A DNA stretch of 64,000 bases from Candidatus Poribacteria bacterium. GTDB lineage: Bacteria > Poribacteria > WGA-4E > JAJDTR01. Positions within the stretch are counted from its first letter, which is position 1; every line of letters starts with the position of its first letter. The DNA is taken from the NCBI GenBank assembly GCA_965222225.1, contig CBDCTK010000002.1, positions 1,312,001 to 1,376,000 on the forward strand, written 5' to 3'. A model generated the notes under the pieces. The model was not told the origin of the DNA and did not search any database. It saw only the letters and a list, made by a program, of their open reading frames with translations. Positions 42,605 through 52,110 of the stretch are shown piece after piece. Position numbers and translations under genes: made by a program.

Positions 42605-43063
42605 ATGGCTTACTATATTACAGATGAGTGCATTGGATGCATGGCGTGCTTGACGAACTGCCCCGTTGATGCAATCACCGGCGATCGGAATAAATTGCAC
42701 ATCATCGATCCGGGCGTGTGTATTGATTGTAGCGCTTGTGGAATGGTCTGTCCTGTTGAAGCTATTCGAGACCAGCATGGAGAGGTCTGTAAATTCATAA
42801 GGCGCCCGACGCATAGACCCATTGCAGTCATTTACGAAGAACTCTGCTCAGGCTGTGATTTCTGTGTGCACATCTGCCCCTGGGATTGCCTCGAATTGAA
42901 AGATCCCGAGACAGGTGAACACGCCGAGAGTTTCTTCGGAATTTGCGAACTCGTCAAACCCAAGGATTGCGTCGGTTGCAAACTCTGCGAGGAAGTCTGC
43001 ATTAAGGACGCAATTCGGGTTGAATCACCCGTTCTAGTGGAGCTGGAAGAGGCTGCCGACTAG
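42605..43063 (+). CDS. Polyferredoxin with four [4Fe-4S] motifs
   Basis: Four CxxCxxCxxxC motifs. Confidence 0.93.
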   Translation: MAYYITDECIGCMACLTNCPVDAITGDRNKLHIIDPGVCIDCSACGMVCPVEAIRDQHGEVCKFIRRPTHRPIAVIYEELCSGCDFCVHICPWDCLELKDPETGEHAESFFGICELVKPKDCVGCKLCEEVCIKDAIRVESPVLVELEEAAD

Positions 43064-43079
43064 AACTCAAGGATGATTC

Positions 43080-43964
43080 ATGATTAAAAGCATGACAGGG
43101 TATAGCCGGAAGGAGGCAAACACCACCTCCGGCACCTTGACAATCGAAGTAAAGACGTGGAACCACCGTCACTCCAATGTGTCCATCCGCATCCCGCCTC
43201 TTCTCTCGCAGTTTGAACATCCCATCCGCACCGCGGTAAGGAATCGCATCCACAGAGGACAAGCGCAGGTCAATATTGAACTTTCCGAGAACGACACGGA
43301 CTCGGGTTCCCACCTAAAGTTCAACCTCGCCTTGGCGAGACAATACTATCATGGGCTTGCCGAAATCCGAAATGAACTCCAGCTACATGATGAGATTTCG
43401 TTGGCGGTATTGGCGCAGCTTCCTGGCGTTTTCACCGTCGGTAAACCCACCATTGATGAACAATCGGCTTGGATCGAAGTCCAACCACTTCTAGAACAAA
43501 CGCTTGATGGACTGGATCAGATGAAACGCGCGGAAGGTCAAGTGATGTCTGAAGCGATTCTCGAACTCTTGAAATCAATTCAATCTTACCTTCGGAAACT
43601 TGACGGCGCACGTGAGAATCTGGTTGAAACAGCGAAGAGCAAATTAGAGACCCGTTTGAATGAACTCTTTGAGGGACGAATTGAGATTGACAAGAATCGC
43701 ATCGTGATGGAAGCCGGCGTAATTGCGTCACGCTCCGATGTTACGGAAGAGCTTGTGAGGCTCGACAGCCACTGTGCACAATTTGAGAATTACTTAGGTG
43801 CGAAAGATCCGGTCGGCAGGCAACTCGATTTTCTACTTCAAGAGATGAATCGCGAAGTCAACACTATCGCTTCGAAGTCCTCGTCAATGGCGCCCTCTTC
43901 CCTTTGTGTTTCTCTCAAGACCGAAATCGAAAAGATTCGGGAAATCGTTCAGAATGTCGAATGA
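43080..43964 (+). CDS. yicC: YicC/YloC family endoribonuclease
   Basis: MIKSMTGY, GRQLDFLLQEMNREVNTIASK and EKIREIVQNVE motifs. Confidence 0.96.
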   Translation: MIKSMTGYSRKEANTTSGTLTIEVKTWNHRHSNVSIRIPPLLSQFEHPIRTAVRNRIHRGQAQVNIELSENDTDSGSHLKFNLALARQYYHGLAEIRNELQLHDEISLAVLAQLPGVFTVGKPTIDEQSAWIEVQPLLEQTLDGLDQMKRAEGQVMSEAILELLKSIQSYLRKLDGARENLVETAKSKLETRLNELFEGRIEIDKNRIVMEAGVIASRSDVTEELVRLDSHCAQFENYLGAKDPVGRQLDFLLQEMNREVNTIASKSSSMAPSSLCVSLKTEIEKIREIVQNVE

Positions 43965-44595
43965 GCCGCACCCCCGCCAGGGTTCACTGATTGTCATTTC
44001 AGGCCCATCCGGCGCTGGCAAAACAAGTGTTATTGACGCGCTCCTCCAATCCGACTCAACATTGACATGTTCCGTTTCTGCGACGACGCGTCCCCCTAGA
44101 CCCAATGAGATTAACGGTGTCAACTATCATTTCCTATCACCTTCCGAATTTGAAACACGCCTCGGGAAAAGCGAGTTCGTCGAGTGGACTCGGTACGGTG
44201 AATACTGTTACGGCACACTAAAGTCGGAAATCGAGTCGCCTTTGACTGAGGGCAAAGATCTCGTCTTCGAGATTGATGTTAAGGGCGCTATGGCGCTCAA
44301 ATCGTGGAGTCCCAAGATTATATCCATTTTCATTTTGCCCCCCTCGTTTGCGATCCTGGAAAAGCGCCTTCGTCGGCGGCAAACCGAATCATGTCACGAA
44401 CTTCAGCAACGCTTGGCAATTGCAAAATCTGAGATTGCGTATGTAAAGGATTATGACTACTGCGTGATAAATTCTGATGACAAGATTGATCAAGCCGTGC
44501 AACAGATTCGGCACATTATCTCTGCGCAACGCTGCCGTATTAATGAATCGTTCTTAGCGTGGACATCTCAAGAATTCTCTCACCCGACCTCTTAG
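43954..44595 (+). CDS. gmk: Guanylate kinase
   Basis: ISGPSGAGKT, SVSATTRPPR, YGT and EIDVKGA motifs. Confidence 0.97.
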   Translation: MSNEPHPRQGSLIVISGPSGAGKTSVIDALLQSDSTLTCSVSATTRPPRPNEINGVNYHFLSPSEFETRLGKSEFVEWTRYGEYCYGTLKSEIESPLTEGKDLVFEIDVKGAMALKSWSPKIISIFILPPSFAILEKRLRRRQTESCHELQQRLAIAKSEIAYVKDYDYCVINSDDKIDQAVQQIRHIISAQRCRINESFLAWTSQEFSHPTS

Positions 44596-44778
44596 TGGTT
44601 CACTCTCTAAACCCAAGTTGCCACCTTTGTCCGACAGCGGTACGGAAACCGAGTTTTTTCCGTCGTGGAAATACGAGATTGACGAAAATCAGACCAATAT
44701 GCCTATAAACTAGCGAATGTGAATCAAAAACGCGGTTTCTCTGTTATAGGTAGTAACTTGCATTAAAAAGCAAAACTT

Positions 44779-44818
44779 CGTCAAATTCCGTCAAGTTTCG
44801 TCAAGTTTCGTCAAGTTT
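44779..44818 (+). repeat. 10-bp tandem repeat x4 (CGTCAAGTTT)
   Basis: Read directly from the sequence. Confidence 0.85.
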
Positions 44819-44965
44819 GTAGGGTGGAATCGACAATCTTCAAATGGCCTATTCCCCCTCTTACTGCTCATAAGTCTTTGGCTTTAAATGATGGGATCGG
44901 CAACCGTATATCACCGCTTTTCTCTATCTGCACGTGCTTTTGTAAGCCCCGGCGCGATAATTCAT

Positions 44966-44986
44966 GTAGGGTGGGCACTGCCCACC
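44966..44986 (+). repeat. GTAG-type REP palindrome
   Basis: GTAGGGTGGGCACTGCCCACC. Confidence 0.85.
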
Positions 44987-45121
44987 AGCCTTTGGTTTTG
45001 ATAGATAGACATCGTTCACCGCACAAGAATTCGCACCAATAGAGCTCTTGTAGCGAGCTGCAGAGCGCGGCCACAGTTTATCGCCGCCCGCTAACTACCG
45101 CGAAAGTCAAGGAAAACACGT

Positions 45122-48070
45122 ATGGCACAAAACAACCGCACCCCCGAAGTCCAAGACTACCGACACGACGCCGCCACCCGAAGAAACAACCCTCCCGCCG
45201 GCATCGCCTCCCACGGGGGGCTCCGCGAAAAACCAAAGCGAGAATACGCCTACAACCCCCACCTGCCGCCTGTCCTCCGATTCAACGAGACCGGAGCAGC
45301 CGACCAACTCCCCGAACTCCTCGAAAAGGCGAAGAACGGACTTTCCGACGACGAAATCAAAATCCTCGCCGACGCATTGAAAGACCGCGCCCCCTGGCTC
45401 GAATGGGCAGGCAAACAGGAGGCGAAATCCTTCGCCGTCGATCCGGTGGCGCTGCATATCCACGAGCGCGTGAGCGCAAAAGCCATTATGCGAGCCGCGG
45501 GACGCCAAGATGTCCAACGCCACCTCTTCGCCGACCCGCAGCAGGCGTATCACGAGGCGGTGCAGTTCTACCAGCACGACGTGGATTGGTCTAACCGCCT
45601 CATCTTGGGCGATAGCCTCACCGTGATGAGTTCCCTCGCGCATCGCGAAGACCTCGCCGGCAAAGTGCAGATGATCTACATCGACCCGCCCTACGGCATC
45701 AAGTTTGCCTCAAACTTTCAGCCCACCGTGTTTCAGCGTGATGTGAAGGACAAGGAGAGCGACCTAACCCGCGAACCGGAACAGATTAAAGCCTACCGTG
45801 ACACCTGGACGCTGGGCGTGCATTCCTACCTCGCCTACTTGCGTGATCGTCTGATTGTCGCCAAGGAATTGCTGACTGATAGCGGGAGTATCTTTGTTCA
45901 GATTAGTGATGAGAATGTCCATCGCGTGCGGTGTTTGATGGATGAAGTGTTTGAGAGCGAGAATTTTGTCAGTATGATTAGCTACACAACAACCTCTGGT
46001 CTCGGAAATAAGAATCTGGAAACCACTGGTGATTATCTTATTTGGTACTGCAAAGACATTTCCCAAATAAAAACTCGTACGATTTGGCTGGAAAAAGAAT
46101 TAAAGCCCGATAAGGCCTATAGGAATCTTGAACTCAAACATGGAGCGCGCCGCTATATGTCAAACTCCGATATCGAAGGGCGAAGTGCCTTCCTTAGGAA
46201 GTGTCGTATATTCAGATACGACAACCTGCAAAGTCAAAGTGGAGGCGAGAGTGGACAGTTCCCTGTCGAATTCGAGGGGCGGACATTTAGGATTGCACGA
46301 GGTAGCTGGAAAACGAGCAAAACTGGCATGAGTATTCTTATTCAGAGTGGTAGGATTGACCGTTTTGGAAACACGTTGAGTTACATTCGATATATTGATG
46401 ATTTCCTATGCAAACGATTGACAAATATGTGGACGGATACGAGCATCTCAGGGTTTGCAAGCAATAAAAAATACGTTGTAGAAACTAGTCTAAAAGTCAT
46501 CCAGCGCTGCATTTTAATGACCACAGACCCCGGCGATCTTGTCCTCGATCCCACCTGCGGAAGCGGTACCACCGCTTACGTCGCAGAGAGTTGGGGCAGG
46601 CGCTGGATAACCATTGATACCAGCCGCGTCGCGATTGCCCTAGCGCGTCAACGCCTTCTGACAGGAACCTTCAACTACTACAAACTCAAAGATGATTCGG
46701 CAGGCGTTGTGGGCGGCTTCATCCATAGAAGTGCCGCGTATATCACGCTCAAGGGAATGGCTCAGAACATAGCGCTTGACCCCATCTTCACAAAGCATGA
46801 ACCGGTTCTTGAGGAGAAGTTGGAGGCGTTGAACCGTACCTTGGAGGCGGTAACACCTGAGATTCGCACCGCGCTGCACGCCAAACTCGTGGAAAAAGGG
46901 AAACGCGAAGGGAAGAAAGCCGTCACCGATGCCGACCGGCGGCGCTGGGAACTCTCGGGGAGCGCTTGGAAGGGGTGGGAGGTGCCGTTTGATACCGATC
47001 CCGATTGGCACCCAGAGTTGCAGCAAGCCTTAACCGATTACCGCGAGGCGTGGCGGGCAAAGATGGATGAAGTGAACGAATGCATCGCTGCCGCGTCCGA
47101 CATTGAGGAGCTGGTCGATCAGCCAGAGGTGGACAGAAAGAAACTGAGGGTGAGTGGCCCCTTCACCGTGGAGGCGGTGCAACCCGCCGAAGAATCGCTC
47201 CACGACGATTCACCGATTGGGGGTGAACCTGAAGACATGTCGGACACGTTCGAGTCCGAAGGCAGCGGTAGCGAATCGGCAAACGCCGAAGCCTATCTTG
47301 ACAGCATGATTCGTCTGCTCCGAAATGACGGCGTCCGTTTTCCCGATAACCGAACCATGGAATTCGATCGGCTTGACCCGATTGAAGCTGACGTTCTCCA
47401 TGCCGAAGGCGCTTGGAAAGACGACACCGAAGATCGACTTATTGCCGTAGTATTCGGGCCTCAACACGGTCCGGTGACGGCGATGCAGGTTGAGGAATGC
47501 CTGCCGATTGCATCTCGCCGCGGCTACGACGATCTAGTCTTTGCGGGTTTCGGTTTCGATGGCGCCGCCCAAGCCGCTATCGGCGACGATCCGAATCCCA
47601 GAGTCCGTATCCACATGGCGCACATCAACCCCGACGTGGCAATGGGCGGCTTGCTCAAAGAGACGCCAACCAGTCAGCTCTTCACCGTGTTCGGCGAGCC
47701 TCGTACAAAAGTTGAAATGTCGGAAGACGACGAGTACATCGTCACGATGGAGGGCGTCGATGTCTACAATCCCGTCGACAACATGGTGACCTCCGAAGGC
47801 AGCGACAGGGTGGCGGCGTGGTTCATTGATTCCGACTACGACGGCAGGACCTTCTGCATCACCCAAGCCTTTTTTCCCGACAAGAAAGCCTGGAGCAGAA
47901 TTGCCCGCGCCCTGAAGGGCGTCATCGATCCGGAGCGTTTTGAAAACTTCAGCGGTACCACTTCCTTGCCGTTTCCTGCGGGTGAACATCGACGCGTCGC
48001 CGTCAAGGTCATCGACCCGCGCGGAAATGAGGTCATGCGAGTACACAACCTCGGCGAGCAGGGATACTGA
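45122..48070 (+). CDS. Type III-like R-M DNA methyltransferase (Mod), long form
   Basis: DPPY precedes DPTCGSGTT (beta class); AT-richer central TRD; partner of the downstream Res. Confidence 0.93.
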   Translation: MAQNNRTPEVQDYRHDAATRRNNPPAGIASHGGLREKPKREYAYNPHLPPVLRFNETGAADQLPELLEKAKNGLSDDEIKILADALKDRAPWLEWAGKQEAKSFAVDPVALHIHERVSAKAIMRAAGRQDVQRHLFADPQQAYHEAVQFYQHDVDWSNRLILGDSLTVMSSLAHREDLAGKVQMIYIDPPYGIKFASNFQPTVFQRDVKDKESDLTREPEQIKAYRDTWTLGVHSYLAYLRDRLIVAKELLTDSGSIFVQISDENVHRVRCLMDEVFESENFVSMISYTTTSGLGNKNLETTGDYLIWYCKDISQIKTRTIWLEKELKPDKAYRNLELKHGARRYMSNSDIEGRSAFLRKCRIFRYDNLQSQSGGESGQFPVEFEGRTFRIARGSWKTSKTGMSILIQSGRIDRFGNTLSYIRYIDDFLCKRLTNMWTDTSISGFASNKKYVVETSLKVIQRCILMTTDPGDLVLDPTCGSGTTAYVAESWGRRWITIDTSRVAIALARQRLLTGTFNYYKLKDDSAGVVGGFIHRSAAYITLKGMAQNIALDPIFTKHEPVLEEKLEALNRTLEAVTPEIRTALHAKLVEKGKREGKKAVTDADRRRWELSGSAWKGWEVPFDTDPDWHPELQQALTDYREAWRAKMDEVNECIAAASDIEELVDQPEVDRKKLRVSGPFTVEAVQPAEESLHDDSPIGGEPEDMSDTFESEGSGSESANAEAYLDSMIRLLRNDGVRFPDNRTMEFDRLDPIEADVLHAEGAWKDDTEDRLIAVVFGPQHGPVTAMQVEECLPIASRRGYDDLVFAGFGFDGAAQAAIGDDPNPRVRIHMAHINPDVAMGGLLKETPTSQLFTVFGEPRTKVEMSEDDEYIVTMEGVDVYNPVDNMVTSEGSDRVAAWFIDSDYDGRTFCITQAFFPDKKAWSRIARALKGVIDPERFENFSGTTSLPFPAGEHRRVAVKVIDPRGNEVMRVHNLGEQGY

Positions 48071-48150
48071 GATCTCGTCTCGTAACTATCATTCACACTT
48101 GCGCCGTAAGCCGGATTGTGATATACTTAACGTGTGTAATGTGTCTAATT

Positions 48151-48171
48151 GTAGGGTGGGCACTGCCCACC
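48151..48171 (+). repeat. GTAG-type REP palindrome
   Basis: Identical to 44966-44986. Confidence 0.85.
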
Positions 48172-48384
48172 ATCTCCGACTACTAACCGTACGTATCCCA
48201 TGGTTTCCTGATATTGATTAGGACTACGCAAACGTGAAACTCCTAGCCCACCGCTGGGCTCACGACGTGGCGATGCGTAAAGGTGTAACGATACTGTTGC
48301 GAATATTTTCCGTGAAAGACTTCTGGCGATGGACTGTTACACGAAGTTTACTGGGTTGCCTGTTACCCCAAAAAAATCCAATGT

Positions 48385-48424
48385 TTGTGACATTTTGTGA
48401 TATTTTGTGACAATTCGTGACATC
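48385..48424 (+). repeat. 10-bp tandem repeat x4 (TTGTGACATT-like)
   Basis: Read directly from the sequence. Confidence 0.8.
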
Positions 48425-48864
48425 GCAAGAATCAAACACATTAAGACGGCGTAGATTGGGCTGTACGAACAACCTCCTCGTCCCAACCATTTTGTATGGA
48501 TAGATGCCAACCGTGTTTTTCATACCTACTTTCCCGTGCAATTCATACAGAACTTGCTAAGAAGCCGGTTATAGCGTGTATTTTCGCGCCTTTTTTCCCG
48601 TAAAAGTTTCCCAATTCTGCATATTACGTACGAAGAGTATGAAATGCTGTGATGATCCCGTAGAATGCAGCCACTTGTAGTTTTTCTCTTTTGCGTTCTA
48701 GCGGAGCAGAATGTGGTTCAGGCAAACCTGCAGGTCGTTTTTGTAGGGTGCGCACTGCAATCAAGCGAGTGGATAGCGAGTGCGATAGCCATCTTACCAG
48801 CCTTTGAAAGCGCCAGCGGGGCGATAGATAGCAATCTGCATTAAGATAGCCGAGGAAGCACAGG

Positions 48865-49080
48865 ATGGGTAAAAACCACGACATCTTTGACGGCTACACC
48901 GTCAACCTATTCCTTGATGAAGATGGCGATTATGTAGCGCCTTTCGTCGAACTCCCCAATATCTCGGCGTTCTCGGATACCCCGGCAGGTGTAGTGAAAG
49001 AATTTGTCTTGGCGTGGCAATGCTTTAAGGAGAGTCATCAGAAACACTATGAACCCATCCCACAAGCAGCGTTGGGTTAA
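48865..49080 (+). CDS. HicB-like antitoxin (orphan)
   Basis: DEDGDYVA..ELPNISAFSDT....EPIP pattern; RBS GAGGA. Confidence 0.75.
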   Translation: MGKNHDIFDGYTVNLFLDEDGDYVAPFVELPNISAFSDTPAGVVKEFVLAWQCFKESHQKHYEPIPQAALG

Positions 49081-49552
49081 GCGCCGGAATATTTAGTTTT
49101 CCAAAAAACTTTAATATGAAGTGTGACTTTTCACGCCTTAAATGATAAAATCATGCGATAGAGATTATCAAATTTCCACAAGTTAACATATGGAGGTCGA
49201 TATGGATATGGAGAATCAAGAGGTTTCGCCAATGGTTCGGGAACCGACCCGAACGCAAAGCGAGAATGTAGAGACTATTATTAGCCGTTTGAATAATCAC
49301 CGGATTATCATACCGGACTACCAACGCGATGCCGAGCAGTGGGATCCCCGAAAAGAATCGCTTTTTATCGAATCGTTATTGAATAATCTAACAATACCAG
49401 CCCTCTTTTTCCTAGAAAATCAGGATAGTTCAACGGAATTAGTAGCTTGTAGCTTTTAGACTGACGACAAACATAAAACTTGGTACCCTGTCGTAAATCT
49501 TTTCGTCACACGTAGATGTCCATAGTGACTATTCTTCTCGTAGGAGTTTGCT

Positions 49553-50407
49553 ATGGACATTTTGAATCTTATGAAAGAGTTTCCAAATCAAGAATCTTGT
49601 CTCAGATTTATAGAGGAAAAACGTTGGAAGGACGGTGTTTGCTGTATCCACTGTGGCAGTGAAAAAGTTGGACGCAAGAACAAAAACGACATTACTACTG
49701 GTTGGAATTGCTACGATTGTGAATCTAGCTTTTCGGCTACAGCAGGAACCATCTTCCATGGTACCAAGATACCTCTCCAGAAATGGTTTTTGGCTATCTC
49801 AATTCTTTCCAATGCCAAGAAAAGCATATCGAGTTGTCAGCTTGCTCGTGACTTGGACATGAATCAAAAGTCCGCTTGGTATATGGCAATGCGCCTCCGT
49901 GAGAAAATGAGTGATAGTGATGAATTGCTGAAAGGGATAGTTGAAGCGGACGAAACCTATGTCGGCGGCAAACCCAGAGCAAAATCTAAGAGAGGTAGAG
50001 GCACAAATAAATCTCCCGTCATCGGCGTAGTCGAGAGAGGCGGTCGGGTGGTTGCTAAATTCATGAAGGTTCTATCTGGTGAAAATATCAGAGAATTCAT
50101 CCTTAGCAATGTCTCACCCGATGAGTCTATTCTTATGACTGATGAATTTCGCTCTTACAATAGTCTGGACGAAGATATCGAAAGACATGTTATCCATCAC
50201 CAAGAGAGATATGTTTCTGAGGACGGCGTAACTCACACCAACACCATCGAGTCGTTTTGGGCTTGTGTCAAGAGGTCATTCTACGGAACGCATCATCACT
50301 ACAGCAAGAAGTGGCTGCCACTGTATATCATGGAGTCTTGCTGGAAATATAATCGCAGAAAAGATGATGAGATTTTCATAAGATTTTTTGATGAATGCTT
50401 CACCTGA
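49553..50407 (+). CDS. IS1595-family (ISXO2-like) transposase
   Basis: Zn ribbon CxxC..CxxC, EADETYVGG, MTDE and HTNTIESFW motifs. Confidence 0.95.
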   Translation: MDILNLMKEFPNQESCLRFIEEKRWKDGVCCIHCGSEKVGRKNKNDITTGWNCYDCESSFSATAGTIFHGTKIPLQKWFLAISILSNAKKSISSCQLARDLDMNQKSAWYMAMRLREKMSDSDELLKGIVEADETYVGGKPRAKSKRGRGTNKSPVIGVVERGGRVVAKFMKVLSGENIREFILSNVSPDESILMTDEFRSYNSLDEDIERHVIHHQERYVSEDGVTHTNTIESFWACVKRSFYGTHHHYSKKWLPLYIMESCWKYNRRKDDEIFIRFFDECFT

Positions 50408-50425
50408 GCCACATGAATTGTTTGG

Positions 50426-50548
50426 CTATCGGTATATTCTGTCAACGACAACATCATGGTGTGCTGAAAATCCCATAGTGTTGGAAATTAAAATCCCGCA
50501 GATAACCCGCAATGCTCCCGCGAGCATGTACAAACGCTTGGTCAACAT
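50426..50548 (-). CDS. 40-aa passenger peptide within the IS1595
   Basis: GGAGG RBS + MLTKRLYMLAGALRVICGILISNTMGFSAHHDVVVDRIYR; the N-terminus is also present in the copy at 1-75. Confidence 0.4.
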   Translation of the reverse strand: MLTKRLYMLAGALRVICGILISNTMGFSAHHDVVVDRIYR

Positions 50549-51693
50549 GATATGCCTCCATTTCTCTCTTATAGAGATGTATTTTAGTGTGAATCAAGAT
50601 TCCGAACACTGTCTAAAGTTATTGTACATTAAGAAGAGAAAAGCAAGCAAATCGACCAAAAAGCAGTTAACTACTAAGTCCCTAGTTCAATTGAAGTGGT
50701 TGATGGTCAGCAGCGCCTAAATACAATTCTGAAATTTGTCAGCAACGAACTGACATTAGAGGGGGCCGATGACATTAACTATCTTTCGCAAAAGAATGTC
50801 TACTATAGTGGGAAAAAGTTTTCGCAGCTTCCTCCAAAATTTCAATCCGTCTTTAATGATTATCCACTCACGATTGTTTACTTGCCGCCCCGTCTCGATC
50901 TTGCTACAAGACTTGAAATATTTCGACGCATAAACGAAGGCGGCACTCCTCTAACCGCCCAAGATATTCGGCTTTCGTATTACAGCAAATCCAAATCTGT
51001 ATATTTCGTGCGCCTCGCCGGAATCTATGCAGACACGCCCCCAACAAATCGGATGATAACTGCCGCACGAAAAAAGGGCGTGGACAATCCGTGGAATCAA
51101 TACGCTAAACCGAAAATCTATTGGACCGACTGGTGGGAAGGAAAAGCCCAAGCAAAGGGACAGACTCCATCCGCAATGTTCCTCTGGTATCTCGTGTTCT
51201 CTCATCGAAACCAGTTGGATGATCTCGTTTCAACCAGAGGCACAATGCAGCATCTTTCAATGACATTTAATGGCTCAACAGAGCAAGCACTTGACACTTA
51301 TTGCGCACAATTGCAATTCACCGATACAGAGAATGGAGAGCCAATTTTTCCCACATGCGGGAATGGCTTAGAAGAAGGGTTCCAAAATTTTGTTAAATGG
51401 CTAGAAGTGATTCTCGCACGCGGGATGCCAGGGGTGAGCGTTGATAAATACAAGCAAATAGCCTTATTGATTGGGGCTGCCGTTGAGTTGAATCTTGATG
51501 CAAATGCGCTGAGTCATGATGCATGGGATGCAATAAGTGAATTTATACGCACCCCGCGGCGAGCAGGCGAAAGATGGCTTATCGAAAAAGGCGGGTATCC
51601 GGAACCGCGAGGACGTTGGAAGGGCACACGAGGTCAAAAAGCTCAATGTGACACTGCAAGGCTCCTTTTATTAAGGATTGTGGAAAACCATCC

Positions 51694-51966
51694 TTGAGCG
51701 CACTACCCCTAAATCTTCCCACATGTGACCCCAGCCTTCGTCATTTTCCAGTGGCGTGGAAGGAATCATATTTTCGCAGAAACTTCGACGAGAATCGTGG
51801 TGGTTATGTATGTCCGGACTGCAAGCAGGTGTTCTCCGGTCCAGCAGGCTTTCAGCACCTTGATGCCGATCACATTGTGCCTTATGCGAAAGGCGGGTTA
51901 ACCGAATGGGACAATCTTACACTGCGATGCAAACTGTGTAACGTGATAAAGAGTAGTAGGACGTAG
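51694..51966 (+). CDS. HNH endonuclease
   Basis: CPDC..DADHIVPYAKGG..NLTLRCKLCN..K; overlaps the DUF262 stop (TTGA). Confidence 0.9.
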   Translation: MSALPLNLPTCDPSLRHFPVAWKESYFRRNFDENRGGYVCPDCKQVFSGPAGFQHLDADHIVPYAKGGLTEWDNLTLRCKLCNVIKSSRT

Positions 51967-52110
51967 AGAACTCACTCGGCCATCCCGTTATGTGACTGTT
52001 CTCCGTCAATTTCCTGCCCTACTTGGATTGACAAATCCACGCGGGTTTTCACTAGTGTGCCGTGGATTGGGCAATCCACGGCGAGCAAGATGGCAAGAAG
52101 GGCTAGAAAA

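Larger units (their letters stand above)
49434..50682 (+). mobile_element. IS1595-family insertion sequence (1249 bp)
   Basis: Imperfect ~24-bp IRs (CGGAATTAGTAG.. / ..CTACTAAGTCCC); 8-bp TSD TAGTTCAA at 49426-49433 and 50683-50690. Confidence 0.95.
49190..51697 (+). pseudogene. DUF262 (GmrS/ParB-Srx-like) protein split by IS1595; reconstructs to ~416 aa
   Basis: PDYQR..W..LFIESLL in the 5' part; DGQQRL and FRRINEGG in the 3' part; removing the IS and one TSD gives in-frame NQDSSIEVVDGQQRL. Confidence 0.92.

Noticed and set aside
48218-48235. TAGGACTACGCA resembling the IS701 IR
   Set aside because: Short, with no partner IR, TSD or transposase found
50388-50720. 110-aa ORF spanning the IS right end
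   Set aside because: It crosses the IS boundary, has no recognisable motif and is likely spurious
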